A DNA stretch of 36,333 nucleotides from a virus (lineage: Duplodnaviria; Caudoviricetes): positions 1 to 36,333 of the IMG/VR virus record IMGVR_UViG_3300014168_000010; one strand, given 5' to 3'. Positions 23,199 through 33,939 of the stretch are shown one piece after another. Numbering within the stretch: the stretch's first letter is position 1; each line of letters begins with the position of its first letter. Position numbers and translations under genes: made by a program. Below the pieces are notes generated by a model, which was not told the origin of the DNA, ran no database searches, and was given only the letters and a program-made list of their open reading frames with translations.

Positions 23199-25801
23199 TA
23201 ATCCCATGCGGCCTGCCTCTGGGCCGCCGCCTGATCTTGTGTGTAATGATTCTCTGCAATCTTACCCATTTTGCTAGTATTTTTTGCTTGCCTTTTTGGA
23301 GCCCCAGTCGGAGGCATCGCGGGCTTGGGTGCATAGATCGCCTGAATGGATTGAATTGCCTGTGGCGTCATCGTCGAATCAAGAGGTTGACCCAAGAACA
23401 TACTCAATCCTTGTCTCACTCGATAACTCGGTTTTTCCTCATCCACCCCGGCTTGCATGATTTTTTGAGTAAGTTTCTTAGACATGTGATCATGAATCTC
23501 GGGCCAAAGAGATTTGAAATGATTCAGAGTTTCTGGCGTAAGGGTTCCTGCTTTAATGTGATTGAGAATGCCAAGGGGCTGAATCGCAAGATCAAGAGCT
23601 TTTTGATAAGAGCGATGTTGATCCGTGTTTTCTCGAGAAGTGTCAAATGCAAGCTTGGGTAATGGTTTTTGAGGCCGGACGGAGTTCAAATAATTAGCCA
23701 CCCTGACCTTGGCACCAGCAAGCATTGCCGCATGATCTGGTAGAGCCTTCCCCAGCTTTTCAAAGCCCCTTAAAGCGGGCTGGACAGGCTCATCGGGCAT
23801 AGCAACAGGCTCTGGCTTTATGACTTCACCGCCGTGCGCGAACTTTTGAGATGGAGTGGGCGACGGAGCAGGTTGTTGAATCTGAGACTGAAATTGCCGG
23901 TCCAACTCCCCATTCTCTAAATACTTATCAATTTTTTCTTTATCTTTATCGGATGTGATTGCATCAACGGCCCGCGCTCCGCCGGCCTTAAATAAAGAAT
24001 TAATCCCATCAGAAAGCTTTCCAGCACCCTTCGCAGCAGATTCTGCATAACCCAGGACTTTTCCAGCCGAATGGGGTGCATTACCACTCAGCGCTTTGAC
24101 TACAAACGGCAGAACTGATTGCTTAACTTTTCTTCCAATGGCTTCCTCAAAGTGAGGAACAATAGCGCCAGTTAAAGCACCCGCAACGCCGCCACCAATT
24201 GCGCCAGGAATCCCATATTGCTTATACCCCTCTTGCTCACCAATAGCGGCTCCAGCAACTCCATGTGCCGCGCGGTTAGCAAATCCAGGAACACCAAATT
24301 GGTAAAGAGAATCCGCAAATTTAGCGCCAGCACTCTTTTCACCATAAGAGTCTTTGATGAGTTCGGTTGGCGGCGTGAAAAGGGGCGATTCAAGTCCATA
24401 TTCAGAGTGAAGCGCATTGATTTCTTGCTGCATGTTTTCTGAACCGTTCACCCAGCGCTGAACAAAGCGAGCCTTGTCGGATCCGGCAAGCTTCCCCTTT
24501 TGTTGCTGGTTCAGATAAGTCTCAACAGTACCGGATTTGATAACCTTATTTCCCTCATCCTCAAGAGGAGTTGGAGAAAAGCTTTCAGAAAACTTTCTTA
24601 AAAAGTCCTTATTAGCTGGCATGAAATTAGAGACAGATGCATTCAGCCTCTTTTGAAAGTCTCCGGCGTCATTCCATACGTCTGAATCTTCTAGAGTAGT
24701 GCCAAGATCATGATAAAGAGCGCCGGCCCTCTTATTAGTTAAGTCTCTTTCTCGTTTTTGAAACTCAGCTAACTCATCTCCAACGCGCCTTTTCATCGAA
24801 TCCGTAGCTTGAAACACATCAGCCGGAGTCGGCGGCCTTCCAATCGGTTGCAGAGTAATTGGATCGATTTTTGGAGTTACTGAATCTTTCCACTCTCTTA
24901 CAATGTCCTGAAGTCCTGAGTTGTTTTGCAAGTCACCGGATAATGATGAAAGTTTTTTAGCCACATCATTGACGTGCTGATCTACCTGGTCTTGAGTTAC
25001 ATCTTGAGTAAGTCTTGCAATGTTTGAGGCCTTACCTTGGCCAGAGCCATACATGTAATCTCTTGCCGCATCGTTTGATGCCAAAAGATTGCCCATTTGC
25101 TCGGCGGTAGACTCAGTTACATTAGGGTTTTCATTCCAAAATTTAAGGCGACTTCCGGCGTCACTCAAAAACTGTGACAGCTTAGTGCCAATATTTGATT
25201 CACCAATTGCCCTTAGAGCCGGAGTAGCAACCCGCTCCATTGCGGCACCGCCAACGCCCCCCAACAGAGAAACAGCCCCATCAGCCATCAAAGAAGACGG
25301 AGCAGCCTCATGTGGATCTAGCCCCTCTTGCATTGCTCGAGACGCCTTGTCTACGCCAAGAAAAAGACTTGTTTCAAGAGTGTTCTTAATTACAGAGGAT
25401 GCGAAATTGCCTACTTCTGCGGCCTTTGCCGCCGCTCCCGCTGCGGTTCCAGCAGCTGAAATTCCAGCACCAATTGGACCTGCGACTAATCCAGCAAGTT
25501 CTCCGGCTCCAGCGACGAAAGGGTGCGCTTCCGCTCTTTGAGCTTCGGCCTTTTGTTCCTCAGCCGCAGCTGTATCTGGTAAATATTTTTCCTCAAGGCC
25601 AGCGAGTGGCCCCAAAACACCACGCCTCACGGCCTCAACGCCAGTTTTCCAGGTATCAAGTAAACCAGAACCCTGGTCTGGAGCCGAAGGTAGATCTTCA
25701 GGCGGAACCTCTTGCCCTGAAAGATTAGGCTGAGCGGGTTGACTGGCGGACTCTGGAAGATCCTCGGGAGGAACCTCCTGACCGCTTACTGGTAATACCA
25801 C
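23198..25801 (-). CDS. Internal virion/ejection protein 3 (867 aa)
   Basis: Third of three A/G/Q-rich helical genes after nozzle and GNAT; Gly/Ala-rich membrane-like segments; SGQEVPPEDLP twice at the N-terminus. Confidence 0.7.
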   Translation of the reverse strand: MVLPVSGQEVPPEDLPESASQPAQPNLSGQEVPPEDLPSAPDQGSGLLDTWKTGVEAVRRGVLGPLAGLEEKYLPDTAAAEEQKAEAQRAEAHPFVAGAGELAGLVAGPIGAGISAAGTAAGAAAKAAEVGNFASSVIKNTLETSLFLGVDKASRAMQEGLDPHEAAPSSLMADGAVSLLGGVGGAAMERVATPALRAIGESNIGTKLSQFLSDAGSRLKFWNENPNVTESTAEQMGNLLASNDAARDYMYGSGQGKASNIARLTQDVTQDQVDQHVNDVAKKLSSLSGDLQNNSGLQDIVREWKDSVTPKIDPITLQPIGRPPTPADVFQATDSMKRRVGDELAEFQKRERDLTNKRAGALYHDLGTTLEDSDVWNDAGDFQKRLNASVSNFMPANKDFLRKFSESFSPTPLEDEGNKVIKSGTVETYLNQQQKGKLAGSDKARFVQRWVNGSENMQQEINALHSEYGLESPLFTPPTELIKDSYGEKSAGAKFADSLYQFGVPGFANRAAHGVAGAAIGEQEGYKQYGIPGAIGGGVAGALTGAIVPHFEEAIGRKVKQSVLPFVVKALSGNAPHSAGKVLGYAESAAKGAGKLSDGINSLFKAGGARAVDAITSDKDKEKIDKYLENGELDRQFQSQIQQPAPSPTPSQKFAHGGEVIKPEPVAMPDEPVQPALRGFEKLGKALPDHAAMLAGAKVRVANYLNSVRPQKPLPKLAFDTSRENTDQHRSYQKALDLAIQPLGILNHIKAGTLTPETLNHFKSLWPEIHDHMSKKLTQKIMQAGVDEEKPSYRVRQGLSMFLGQPLDSTMTPQAIQSIQAIYAPKPAMPPTGAPKRQAKNTSKMGKIAENHYTQDQAAAQRQAAWD

Positions 25802-27456
25802 TTGCCGTCCTTTTGAACCATTTTCTTGCCACTTTTTGATACATCACCCTGTGGTGCGGCCTGAGAAGGAGCTTTTCCGCCGCCACGCTTAACGCCATAA
25901 GCATCAAGGGTTGTATTAAGTCTAGACTCATTACTTCTAATCATCTCTTGGAATTTGGCAGTACTGCCCATGACTTGGGGAATAATATCAAGGGGATTTT
26001 TAGCAAATTGCTCGTCATACCAGCCAAGCCGTCCCTGTGTAAGCGCTCCTCCGTGGATTGAATCATTATAGAAGTTCTTCATTTCTTCTACTTTTTGTTG
26101 AGCAACGGCCCTGTCGCTTGGATCCCATCGATTAAAATCAAGTCCCTTATGTCCTTGAATAAATGACATAAGATCTTTTCCTTTAGCGTCCAAAATATTT
26201 TGAGCATTAACCTGATCGCGAACACTTTGAGGAATTGCCACAGACGCATCCCCAATTCCGGGAAGGTGTCTTTCCGATTGATAATCGCTTAATGTTTTTC
26301 CTTCGGCTCCGAGTCCAGCCAAAGCCATGTTCTGATTTTTCCAATTGTTCTCAATTTGCTGACCAGTTAATGCATTTTGATTTGCAGCATGAGAATCAGC
26401 CGCCGATTGAAGCATTTGATGAGCGGCCGCCATATTTTGTTTCATTGGACCCGGAGGCTGTTTATTGACTTGATCGCCGGCCTGTTGGAGCACGCTCATG
26501 AACATGGCCTGTTTTGCATAGTTCATTTTGGCTAGATCGGCATTGGCGTTATTTATGCCAATTTCAGACAATATCTTTTGCGCTTCAACTGGCTGATTTT
26601 TAGTTAATGCCTCTTGATATTTACCTTGAAGGTCTCTCAGTTTTAATTCAGACAAAGCAGTTACATGCTGATTTGCCATATTCCAGGCACTGAATTGATT
26701 TGCTTTGGTTGCCTTTTGAGCTTCAATGTCATTATCAATCTGTTTTTGCATGGCTTGCATAATGACGTTCGGCTGATGAGTAAGGCCTGAACCCATGCCA
26801 GCGGCAAGCATGCTGAAAAACATCCCAATCTTACTTGGAACTCCGCGATCCGATCCGTCTGGATTTTTAGCCCAGAAATCATGCATGGTCTTTGGCGTTA
26901 TGGTTCCATTTCCAACAAGAGTCTTGAGCTCGTTGTAATGATCATTTAGTTGATTTGCGATCGTATTAGCGTCTAGAGGACTAGAAACGATGTTTGTTGG
27001 GCTTGGCGCTTGGGCTTTGGCCTGTTTTTGAGCAACAGGCGGTTGTTGTTCTTCATCATCCTTATCACTAAATGAAGTTTTATCTTCATCAGTTTCAGGT
27101 TGGGGTTGTGGCTGTTGTCCAGCGTTTGGATTTACGCCAGTTGTCGCCTCGGGGCCTGGATCAGACACGCCCGGAGTATATTCTGCTGGAACCGCAGGAG
27201 TCTGTGGTTGATCTGTAGCCCCATCGGGAGATGGATTCGGCTCGGGAGATGGATTCGGCTCAGGATTGGGCCCCCCGCCATTAGCCATCTTTTGAGCTTT
27301 TTGGCCATGCAATGGGATTTTATCAAGCTCTGCACGCATTTTGGGGGATAACTTACTGTGAGCAATCTTAATCTCATGACCCATGTCATGCTTAAAGACC
27401 GTCATATTATTGTCTGAAGAAACTTTTTTAAGTTTTCTAAGATCTAGGCCTTTCAT
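25786..27456 (-). CDS. Internal virion/ejection protein 2 (556 aa)
   Basis: Gene position; Q/A-rich coiled coils; hydrophobic IGMFFSMLAAGMGSGL segment. Confidence 0.7.
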   Translation of the reverse strand: MKGLDLRKLKKVSSDNNMTVFKHDMGHEIKIAHSKLSPKMRAELDKIPLHGQKAQKMANGGGPNPEPNPSPEPNPSPDGATDQPQTPAVPAEYTPGVSDPGPEATTGVNPNAGQQPQPQPETDEDKTSFSDKDDEEQQPPVAQKQAKAQAPSPTNIVSSPLDANTIANQLNDHYNELKTLVGNGTITPKTMHDFWAKNPDGSDRGVPSKIGMFFSMLAAGMGSGLTHQPNVIMQAMQKQIDNDIEAQKATKANQFSAWNMANQHVTALSELKLRDLQGKYQEALTKNQPVEAQKILSEIGINNANADLAKMNYAKQAMFMSVLQQAGDQVNKQPPGPMKQNMAAAHQMLQSAADSHAANQNALTGQQIENNWKNQNMALAGLGAEGKTLSDYQSERHLPGIGDASVAIPQSVRDQVNAQNILDAKGKDLMSFIQGHKGLDFNRWDPSDRAVAQQKVEEMKNFYNDSIHGGALTQGRLGWYDEQFAKNPLDIIPQVMGSTAKFQEMIRSNESRLNTTLDAYGVKRGGGKAPSQAAPQGDVSKSGKKMVQKDGKWYYQ

Positions 27457-28754
27457 TTTCGAGCCCTTCTTTTGGCCAGAATATTATCTACAAAATCGGC
27501 ACTATTCTTCTCTGGATTTTTACTCTTAGTCTCGCTGCGGGGCACAACTATGCCACCTTCTTGTAGATTCTTTTTAACGGTATCATTGGCATAGGAATTT
27601 TTAGCACCACCTACTTTTGGCTTACCACCAATTTTCTCACCAACTTTCATTGGATCGGCGCCATTTCTAACGGCCTCGACAGCCCTGGGAGATAAATAAA
27701 CTTCTCCGGGCGACAAAAGAGCTGGAACCTTTCCGCCTTTAGCAAAGGTAGAGGTAACTCCCATGTTTTGAGCCGATGTGGCTTGTCCACCAACAGGATT
27801 GGTTACAGGAGCGCTGGATTGAACGTCCATTGCATTGGTGCCTTGATCTTGTCCAACTGGTTTTTGAGCAGGCTTTTGAGGAGTTCCCGCACCGAAGCCA
27901 CTCGATGTAGCCGGATACGGAACATTTTCGGCCTGAGAGGGCGGCATGGAAGTATTTTGAACCAAGAATTGACCAAATGAGGGGGAACCACCGCTACCAC
28001 CGAAGGGTTGGCCACCGGAATATCCGCCATCAGCCATCTTTTGTGGAACCTCACCGCCGGCGGCCATGCTAAATCCAGCAAGTCCAGCCGATCCAAGAGC
28101 TCCACCGATAAGACCCTGTTGACCCTGTAACATTGTGCCAGCAAGTCCGGCGTTCGCATTATTGATGTTGGATTGCATCGCAACTTGGTTCGTATTGTAG
28201 CCCTGAAGCGCGTTAAGAAGCTGTCCCTGCTCCGATTGCTGAGCCTGCACATTGGCATTGGTTTGGCCAATTTGCTGACCTGCTTGAGTCGTAGCAAGTT
28301 GACCTGCACCCTGAATTGCCGCGACTTGATTCTGTGCTTGTTGAGCTGCCTCTTGTCCAACGGCTTGTTGCTGAGTCGCAGCGCCTTGTTGCGCGGCTTG
28401 ACGGGCGATTAATCCCACATTGGAACCAGCACCGCGTTGACCGGCCATAAGCGCAGCTTGGTTAGCTACGTTTGCGGCAGTGTTTTGATTAAATTGAGCT
28501 TGAGCAGGATTTACAGCACCGCTTGCGATGCCCTGAAGTTGACCATAAACCTGAGATTGATTCTGAACGCCCTGTTGAGCCTGCAGGGCCTGTAAAAGCT
28601 GTTGCTGAGAGGTTAGACCGCCCTGAACCCCGGTGTAGGCTTGTTGAACTTGCTGTGAGTTTGTAGGAGCTATAATATTAGCGGATTGGGGGCCTGCAAA
28701 GCCAGTCCCGCCGGCTCCACCGCCCAATCCTGCAAGTCCAGGTAACGAACCCAT
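27453..28754 (-). CDS. Internal virion/ejection (pilot-like) protein 1 (433 aa)
   Basis: Very Q/G/A-rich; position equivalent to P22 gp7 / T7 gp14. Confidence 0.7.
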   Translation of the reverse strand: MGSLPGLAGLGGGAGGTGFAGPQSANIIAPTNSQQVQQAYTGVQGGLTSQQQLLQALQAQQGVQNQSQVYGQLQGIASGAVNPAQAQFNQNTAANVANQAALMAGQRGAGSNVGLIARQAAQQGAATQQQAVGQEAAQQAQNQVAAIQGAGQLATTQAGQQIGQTNANVQAQQSEQGQLLNALQGYNTNQVAMQSNINNANAGLAGTMLQGQQGLIGGALGSAGLAGFSMAAGGEVPQKMADGGYSGGQPFGGSGGSPSFGQFLVQNTSMPPSQAENVPYPATSSGFGAGTPQKPAQKPVGQDQGTNAMDVQSSAPVTNPVGGQATSAQNMGVTSTFAKGGKVPALLSPGEVYLSPRAVEAVRNGADPMKVGEKIGGKPKVGGAKNSYANDTVKKNLQEGGIVVPRSETKSKNPEKNSADFVDNILAKRRARK

Positions 28755-29086
28755 CAGATTTCCCTTTCAAATAATACGAAATCAACACCAGCGGACGCAA
28801 GCTTCATCCCGTAAGAGAGAGGAAGTCTTAAACTTTCGGTACTGTTTTTAGCACTCGGGACAACACAGCCCATCAACTTGGCACAGCCCTCTTTTTTGGC
28901 TATTTTTGAGATCTCATCGAGCATCTGTGTCGCTGTTCCAGCTTTTCTAAAGTCAGACTCAACAAAAATGTCGATAATGTAGACTGCCTTCTGCTCCGGG
29001 ATAATCCGATAAGTCGCAAACCCATGCCCGGTCTCTAAGATCCGGTCGTTAGTGCGTTCGGTCAAATATTTAGCATAAAGAGACAT
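28754..29086 (-). CDS. GNAT-family acetyltransferase-like protein in the virion module
   Basis: VYIIDIFVESDFRKAGTATQMLDEISKIAKKEGC motif A. Confidence 0.8.
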   Translation of the reverse strand: MSLYAKYLTERTNDRILETGHGFATYRIIPEQKAVYIIDIFVESDFRKAGTATQMLDEISKIAKKEGCAKLMGCVVPSAKNSTESLRLPLSYGMKLASAGVDFVLFEREI

Positions 29087-29132
29087 AGGTGTGCCCCAAG
29101 TTTTGAGCCGGTATCAGCAGACGCTCGCATAT

Positions 29133-29146
29133 GTCGGAAATGGGGC
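29133..29146 (-). promoter_or_regulatory. Putative late promoter motif, copy 4 (GCCCCATTTCCGAC)
   Basis: Same consensus and spacing; heads the GNAT/ejection block. Confidence 0.6.
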
Positions 29147-32100
29147 TAAGAAGGTGAGCCGTAAGACGTTGCGGCAGGCTGAGGACGCCAGCCTTTCTTC
29201 ACCGCGACCACAAGATTTAGACCAGACAGCGTAAGTCCAGCGCCAGCCCCAATCCCAAATGATGGATCATAGAGTTCGCTCACGCTGACCTGAAAAGAAG
29301 TGCAGCGCATCTTATTTAAGAACACCCGGCCTTGCTCAACAGCAGCAGGGGCGCCAGTATCACTGGATCCGCCGCCATAGGGACTTAACTGACCATAAAC
29401 CGGCATCTCAGGCGAACCATAAAGAGGTCCGTAATTAGTGGGGCTCACTAATGTGGCCTGAACTGGGCTCGGATTGTAGTCATAGGCAATCTGCATGTTG
29501 AGCTTATGCGGACTATAGTATTGACCCAAGAGATAAACCCAGTAAGCACGCTGGTAACCTTGCAGGCCGCCCAGCTGAATCCAGGACGTAGTGAAGTTCA
29601 TAAGAACTGGGCTCGAACCGTCTAGATAAACGCCTGGTGTTTCCTGAAAAACAGAGCCCTCAGCGTTCAAAAATGTGTGAAGATCTTGATAAATACAGCT
29701 AGAGACAGCCGGGACATTAACAAATGTGCCCCATTGACCATAATAGTAATCGTACATCAGGGTTTGGCCCGTGCTCAGAGTGAATCTTACCTGGTTGGTT
29801 GCCGGCACAAGAACCGCGCTATTAACGAGACTTGAGTTAAATTGTTCGACGGGTGCGCCGATGTAATTCGTGGATAAATCACGCCCAATGATCCAGATAC
29901 CTTTATCACTTTGAAACATGACACCTTGAGGCGTAATAACGATGCTGTTTTGATTTGTACACCCAACAGCGGACGTAATGAAAATGGGCTGACTGTACTG
30001 ACTGTTTGCGCCCGTGTTGTCTGGCCCGGTGCCATTGATGTAATAGATGGCTCCAGACGCTTTCCAAATGAGAAGCTTGTCGTCCATTGGAGCAAGCGCG
30101 GTAACTGGTCCGGTGTTGCCCTGCGATCCAGTAGAAGGAGCGATGTAAAACGTCAAAAGATCGCTCATCTCAACAGGCGTTGCTTCAATGACTTGCTTGG
30201 AATACCAGAGAAGGTTTTGATCTTCGGCATCCACCATCCAGAGCCTATCGTCAAAAAGGGCTAAGATGTTGCTAGCCGGACCATTCACGTTTTCGATCAC
30301 GCCACCAGTCGTATAAATAATGTTGTTTCCAACGATTGAGGCGTCTGCGAGCGTATCCACATAAGTTAAATAATCAGTTGTCGTGGAATTAAGCTGCGCA
30401 TGTGTAATGGAAGTCACCTGATAATACGTCTGATGCTCAACACTCCATCGGTAAATCACGATCTTTAAGGGATTAGCGATTTTATAAGTTAATCTAAGAT
30501 ATGGAATATAAAGGGTTACGCTTCCGGCTGTTCCTGTCCCAGTTGTCGTGACTGCGACGGGTATAGATGGAGCTGAGCGGTAAATGTTTCCCTGATTATC
30601 AGCCCACTCATAGGTGACTTGATAATAGTAAGCATCAGTGTTGGTTGCACCATCGGGCTGAGCCGCCATGCTTCCGCCAGTAGCGCTCCACGTCGCCTCA
30701 ACACTATCGGGCCAAAGAAAAAAGTCGTTTTCAACGGGCAAATACCCATCGTAATTCCATAAGAACCCGCCCGCCATTTGAAGATTAGATCCAATTTCTG
30801 CCGTATCCACTTTTTGAGAGCTAAAAATGAGCGAAACAAGATTGATACCTGTCTGACTATAAATTCCGCCCGTCGTGGTCTGTTGAGTATTACTGTTGGT
30901 CGATAAAGCCTCAACCAAGTCCTTATACAGATAAGCAATCTGTGCTTCATCTCCATCCACGTTAACCGACGGAAGTCCTAGCGTGAGATATCCCCCACCG
31001 TTTTCATATGCAAGCTTAGCCACAACAATGGGCATCGCTTCAGTACTCGCTCCATTCATCAGAAAATATGTGTTTTGATAAGGACTTTGATAGGCGGCTA
31101 AGAAATATTCAATCCCATTAACAATGAAAGCCTTCGACGCAAGACCTACGCTTCGAACGGCCGTAACGGTTGGGCCAACTACACCGACATCACTGACAGT
31201 GACGGAATTCACATAATGCGTTGGAATAGATGGATCATATCCATACCCATTGGCTACTTCATAATAAACCGTACACACCCCATTTTGAGCGGCTGAGGCG
31301 ATGTTAACCACGGTTCCTGATGTAATCATTTCTACAGGCGCGAAGATCTGCGCCATCATGTAGGTAATTGCAAACGTGTATCCAGCTGAAGATCCAGAGC
31401 CGTAAAAGCTCACGTAAATCGTGGTATTCGCATAATCTATAGTCATCGACAGAATGCTTGCTTGATGGCCAGTAAATGTAGCGGCGCTTGAAACAGCCAG
31501 AAAGTTCGTAATGAACTTTACTTGAACCGATGTTCCTCCGCTTGTTGTTCCATATGCGATGTACAGATTTTTATTTGCTACAGCGCCATCCCAGGAAAGG
31601 GCATTTGTTGGATCGTAGTTCACAGCAACATCATTTGCAGGGGTTACAAGGGTGGGGTTGTTTATGGAAATTGCGATGAACTGAAGATGATAAGAGCCAC
31701 CAAAGTCATTGGTGAAAACTACAATGAAATAAACCCCAAGCACAAACACTCTTGGGCTTCCCGATACAACGCCGCCATTAGCAGGCAGCAAAGTCGGAGC
31801 AATAATATTTTGGCCAGTAACGGAGTCTGCAACTGCATACTTATATTCGGTAATGCCGTTGTTGATTTCAGAATATGCAGTACAGACAAGACCGTTGCTA
31901 GCAATTGCCGCATCGGCCTGGATTTGATTGATGCTGTTTCTAATTAGAGGAAGAGTCGATAGCTGAATGGGCGAAACATTTCCGCGAGAAACCCACGTCT
32001 CATTACCCTCGTTGTATGCATAAATAGACTGGCCAACCGCAGTCAGATTGCCATTGAAAGTGGTTAGATAAGTTGAGGACGCATTAGGAAGAGATGCAAG

Positions 32101-32253
32101 CTCTTGATAGCCATTTCTTTTTTGAAGCAGGCCGCCCTTAGTAAAAATCGAGTTTTCAAGTACCAAAAACTTACCCAAAGTGACTTGCTTTGGATCGGTC
32201 TTGGTATCGAGACCCTGAGCGAAATTAATCGGAACGGCCTGCTTCTGCAGCAT
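29146..32253 (-). CDS. Tail nozzle / tubular protein B-like (P22 gp10 / T7 gp12 equivalent), 1035 aa
   Basis: N-terminal FAQGLDTKTDP..LENSIF..GGLLQKRNG; propeller-like repeats (FDDRLW..LWYSK, GVMFQSDKGIW); lies between adaptor and ejection genes. Confidence 0.75.
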   Translation of the reverse strand: MLQKQAVPINFAQGLDTKTDPKQVTLGKFLVLENSIFTKGGLLQKRNGYQELASLPNASSTYLTTFNGNLTAVGQSIYAYNEGNETWVSRGNVSPIQLSTLPLIRNSINQIQADAAIASNGLVCTAYSEINNGITEYKYAVADSVTGQNIIAPTLLPANGGVVSGSPRVFVLGVYFIVVFTNDFGGSYHLQFIAISINNPTLVTPANDVAVNYDPTNALSWDGAVANKNLYIAYGTTSGGTSVQVKFITNFLAVSSAATFTGHQASILSMTIDYANTTIYVSFYGSGSSAGYTFAITYMMAQIFAPVEMITSGTVVNIASAAQNGVCTVYYEVANGYGYDPSIPTHYVNSVTVSDVGVVGPTVTAVRSVGLASKAFIVNGIEYFLAAYQSPYQNTYFLMNGASTEAMPIVVAKLAYENGGGYLTLGLPSVNVDGDEAQIAYLYKDLVEALSTNSNTQQTTTGGIYSQTGINLVSLIFSSQKVDTAEIGSNLQMAGGFLWNYDGYLPVENDFFLWPDSVEATWSATGGSMAAQPDGATNTDAYYYQVTYEWADNQGNIYRSAPSIPVAVTTTGTGTAGSVTLYIPYLRLTYKIANPLKIVIYRWSVEHQTYYQVTSITHAQLNSTTTDYLTYVDTLADASIVGNNIIYTTGGVIENVNGPASNILALFDDRLWMVDAEDQNLLWYSKQVIEATPVEMSDLLTFYIAPSTGSQGNTGPVTALAPMDDKLLIWKASGAIYYINGTGPDNTGANSQYSQPIFITSAVGCTNQNSIVITPQGVMFQSDKGIWIIGRDLSTNYIGAPVEQFNSSLVNSAVLVPATNQVRFTLSTGQTLMYDYYYGQWGTFVNVPAVSSCIYQDLHTFLNAEGSVFQETPGVYLDGSSPVLMNFTTSWIQLGGLQGYQRAYWVYLLGQYYSPHKLNMQIAYDYNPSPVQATLVSPTNYGPLYGSPEMPVYGQLSPYGGGSSDTGAPAAVEQGRVFLNKMRCTSFQVSVSELYDPSFGIGAGAGLTLSGLNLVVAVKKGWRPQPAATSYGSPS

Positions 32254-32264
32254 TACTTGTATTC

Positions 32265-32540
32265 TTAGGTATTCTGAAACAGAGCGTAAACAATTACGCT
32301 AGTGCTAGGTTGATTGTTGCTCACAGGAGTGTTTGGTGGCACATAGACGGTTCCGCCAGTTAAACTGGTAATGCCAGCGCCACCACCACCGCCAATATTG
32401 ATGTTTCCGCTCACGTAGCTAATGACTGCAAATTGATTGGAGGCGGTAGTGAAAATGGCGGCGCTAACGCCAGCAGATGTTGTTCCTGCAAAGCCGCCCA
32501 CCACATTAGTGCTTGATTTAGTATTTACTGGAGTTGACAT
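32265..32540 (-). CDS. Small putative virion protein (91 aa)
   Basis: GAGG RBS; packed in the tail block. Confidence 0.65.
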   Translation of the reverse strand: MSTPVNTKSSTNVVGGFAGTTSAGVSAAIFTTASNQFAVISYVSGNINIGGGGGAGITSLTGGTVYVPPNTPVSNNQPSTSVIVYALFQNT

Positions 32541-32542
32541 GA

Positions 32543-33646
32543 TTACCTCGGTATAAAGTGCACAATGGCTCCGCAGTCATTTGCTCCGGTCATTGCGCTT
32601 AATACGTCAAACCTGATGGCTTGACCTGCGTTAATATTAGTCGTGGCTACAACTGGCTTTACAACACCAGTCTGTGCCCCTACCGCCGAATTCGAATCGG
32701 TCCAAACGCCAGCGGCGGCGGTTGAATCAATGCTACCAACTGTGCTTAGAATCGACGTAAACGATCCGCCGGAACCACCAACCTTGATATCAAACTGGGT
32801 TGTACCAGCCGATCCAGCCACATCGTTATAAATCCAAACCGCAATGATAGTTGCATTGAAATCAAACATACCATAGCCATCAATTTCGGTAAGAGGAAAA
32901 CTGGGGACAGTTACGGAGTAAGGACCATTCAATTTGAATTCATATACTTGATAATTATTATTAATCTGAACAATCCCGGCAGGATTCACGGACAATTGAT
33001 TGCTTGAAATGATGATAGAGGTTCCATCAACAGTCCATGGCGCGGCCATATTTCCAAACTGATCCAGAGTCATGAATGACTGCTGCGCAGGAAGCAAAGG
33101 CAGGCTCAGTTGATAGTTTAACGAAAGGATGCCGGTCGGGGCCAGCGTAACAAATTTACTGTTGGCAACATTATTCCCGATTAGAATTGATCCGCCTTCA
33201 ATATTTCCGGGGGTGTTCGCAGCTTGATCTACAACAAGAGTACCGGCAACGAATCCTGCGGTTGCCGTCCCGCTTGAAATGCTTGAGCTTGTGGCGTTGA
33301 TTCCACCATTTTTGGAAATCTGAACTTGGTTACCGTTTCCGTCGTTATACCAAAGATCAACACCGACAACATAAAGACAATCAAGATCTTGAGCGCCAGA
33401 TAGATTCAGCGATTGAGATTGAAATCTTACACTTCTGAGTTCGGTTGCATTGTTGTCATTGAATGCAAGATCAACATTGATATTCATCCCATCTGGAGTA
33501 ATTTGGACACCCTCACCAGATGAGTGATTGTGTTGATCGATTACAGTCAGACTCGCATTGATATTGTTGGCCCAATCCGGACTTGGATCTGTGCCCACTG
33601 AAGGGATAGACAGACCCATATTTGGGCTAGTCGTGTAATCAGCCAT
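32543..33646 (-). CDS. Putative tail fibre/spike or fibre-anchor protein (367 aa)
   Basis: N-terminal TTSPNMGLSIP..DWANNINASLTVIDQHNH resembles fibre-anchor N-termini; beta-rich. Confidence 0.65.
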   Translation of the reverse strand: MADYTTSPNMGLSIPSVGTDPSPDWANNINASLTVIDQHNHSSGEGVQITPDGMNINVDLAFNDNNATELRSVRFQSQSLNLSGAQDLDCLYVVGVDLWYNDGNGNQVQISKNGGINATSSSISSGTATAGFVAGTLVVDQAANTPGNIEGGSILIGNNVANSKFVTLAPTGILSLNYQLSLPLLPAQQSFMTLDQFGNMAAPWTVDGTSIIISSNQLSVNPAGIVQINNNYQVYEFKLNGPYSVTVPSFPLTEIDGYGMFDFNATIIAVWIYNDVAGSAGTTQFDIKVGGSGGSFTSILSTVGSIDSTAAAGVWTDSNSAVGAQTGVVKPVVATTNINAGQAIRFDVLSAMTGANDCGAIVHFIPR

Positions 33647-33939
33647 TAGAAGACCTCCAGCGACACCATGCAGGGCGCAGAACTGTTCAACAAAAGAGTA
33701 AGTGAAGGAGTCGTATTTTGGCTCTGCTCATCGTAAATTGTGGAAGCAGCATCGATTCTAATAGTCCGCCAACCGATCAGAGCGCGTCCCAATCCAGTAT
33801 TGACTACATTGAGTCCAGCAACCAACTTTACGCCCGGTAGAATGTTGGATTGAAGTGACTTGTTTGCAAGAAACGGATTGATGATAGAAGCCCATTTCGT
33901 CTGCATCTGAGATAGGCTCAAGCCCCAAGGAAGCTGCAT
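33646..33939 (-). CDS. Putative virion protein (~97 aa)
   Basis: Coupled at both ends; NVVNTGLGRALIGW pattern. Confidence 0.65.
   Translation of the reverse strand: MQLPWGLSLSQMQTKWASIINPFLANKSLQSNILPGVKLVAGLNVVNTGLGRALIGWRTIRIDAASTIYDEQSQNTTPSLTLLLNSSAPCMVSLEVF

Noticed and set aside
20320-25728. Numerous + strand ORFs opposite the fibre and ejection genes
   Set aside because: These are antisense shadows of Gly/Ala/Thr-rich genes, with no RBS or recognisable motifs.
27220-27270. Short DNA direct repeat GGAGATGGATTCGGCTC
   Set aside because: It encodes the PEPNPS linker repeat inside ejection protein 2; no sign of a separate element.
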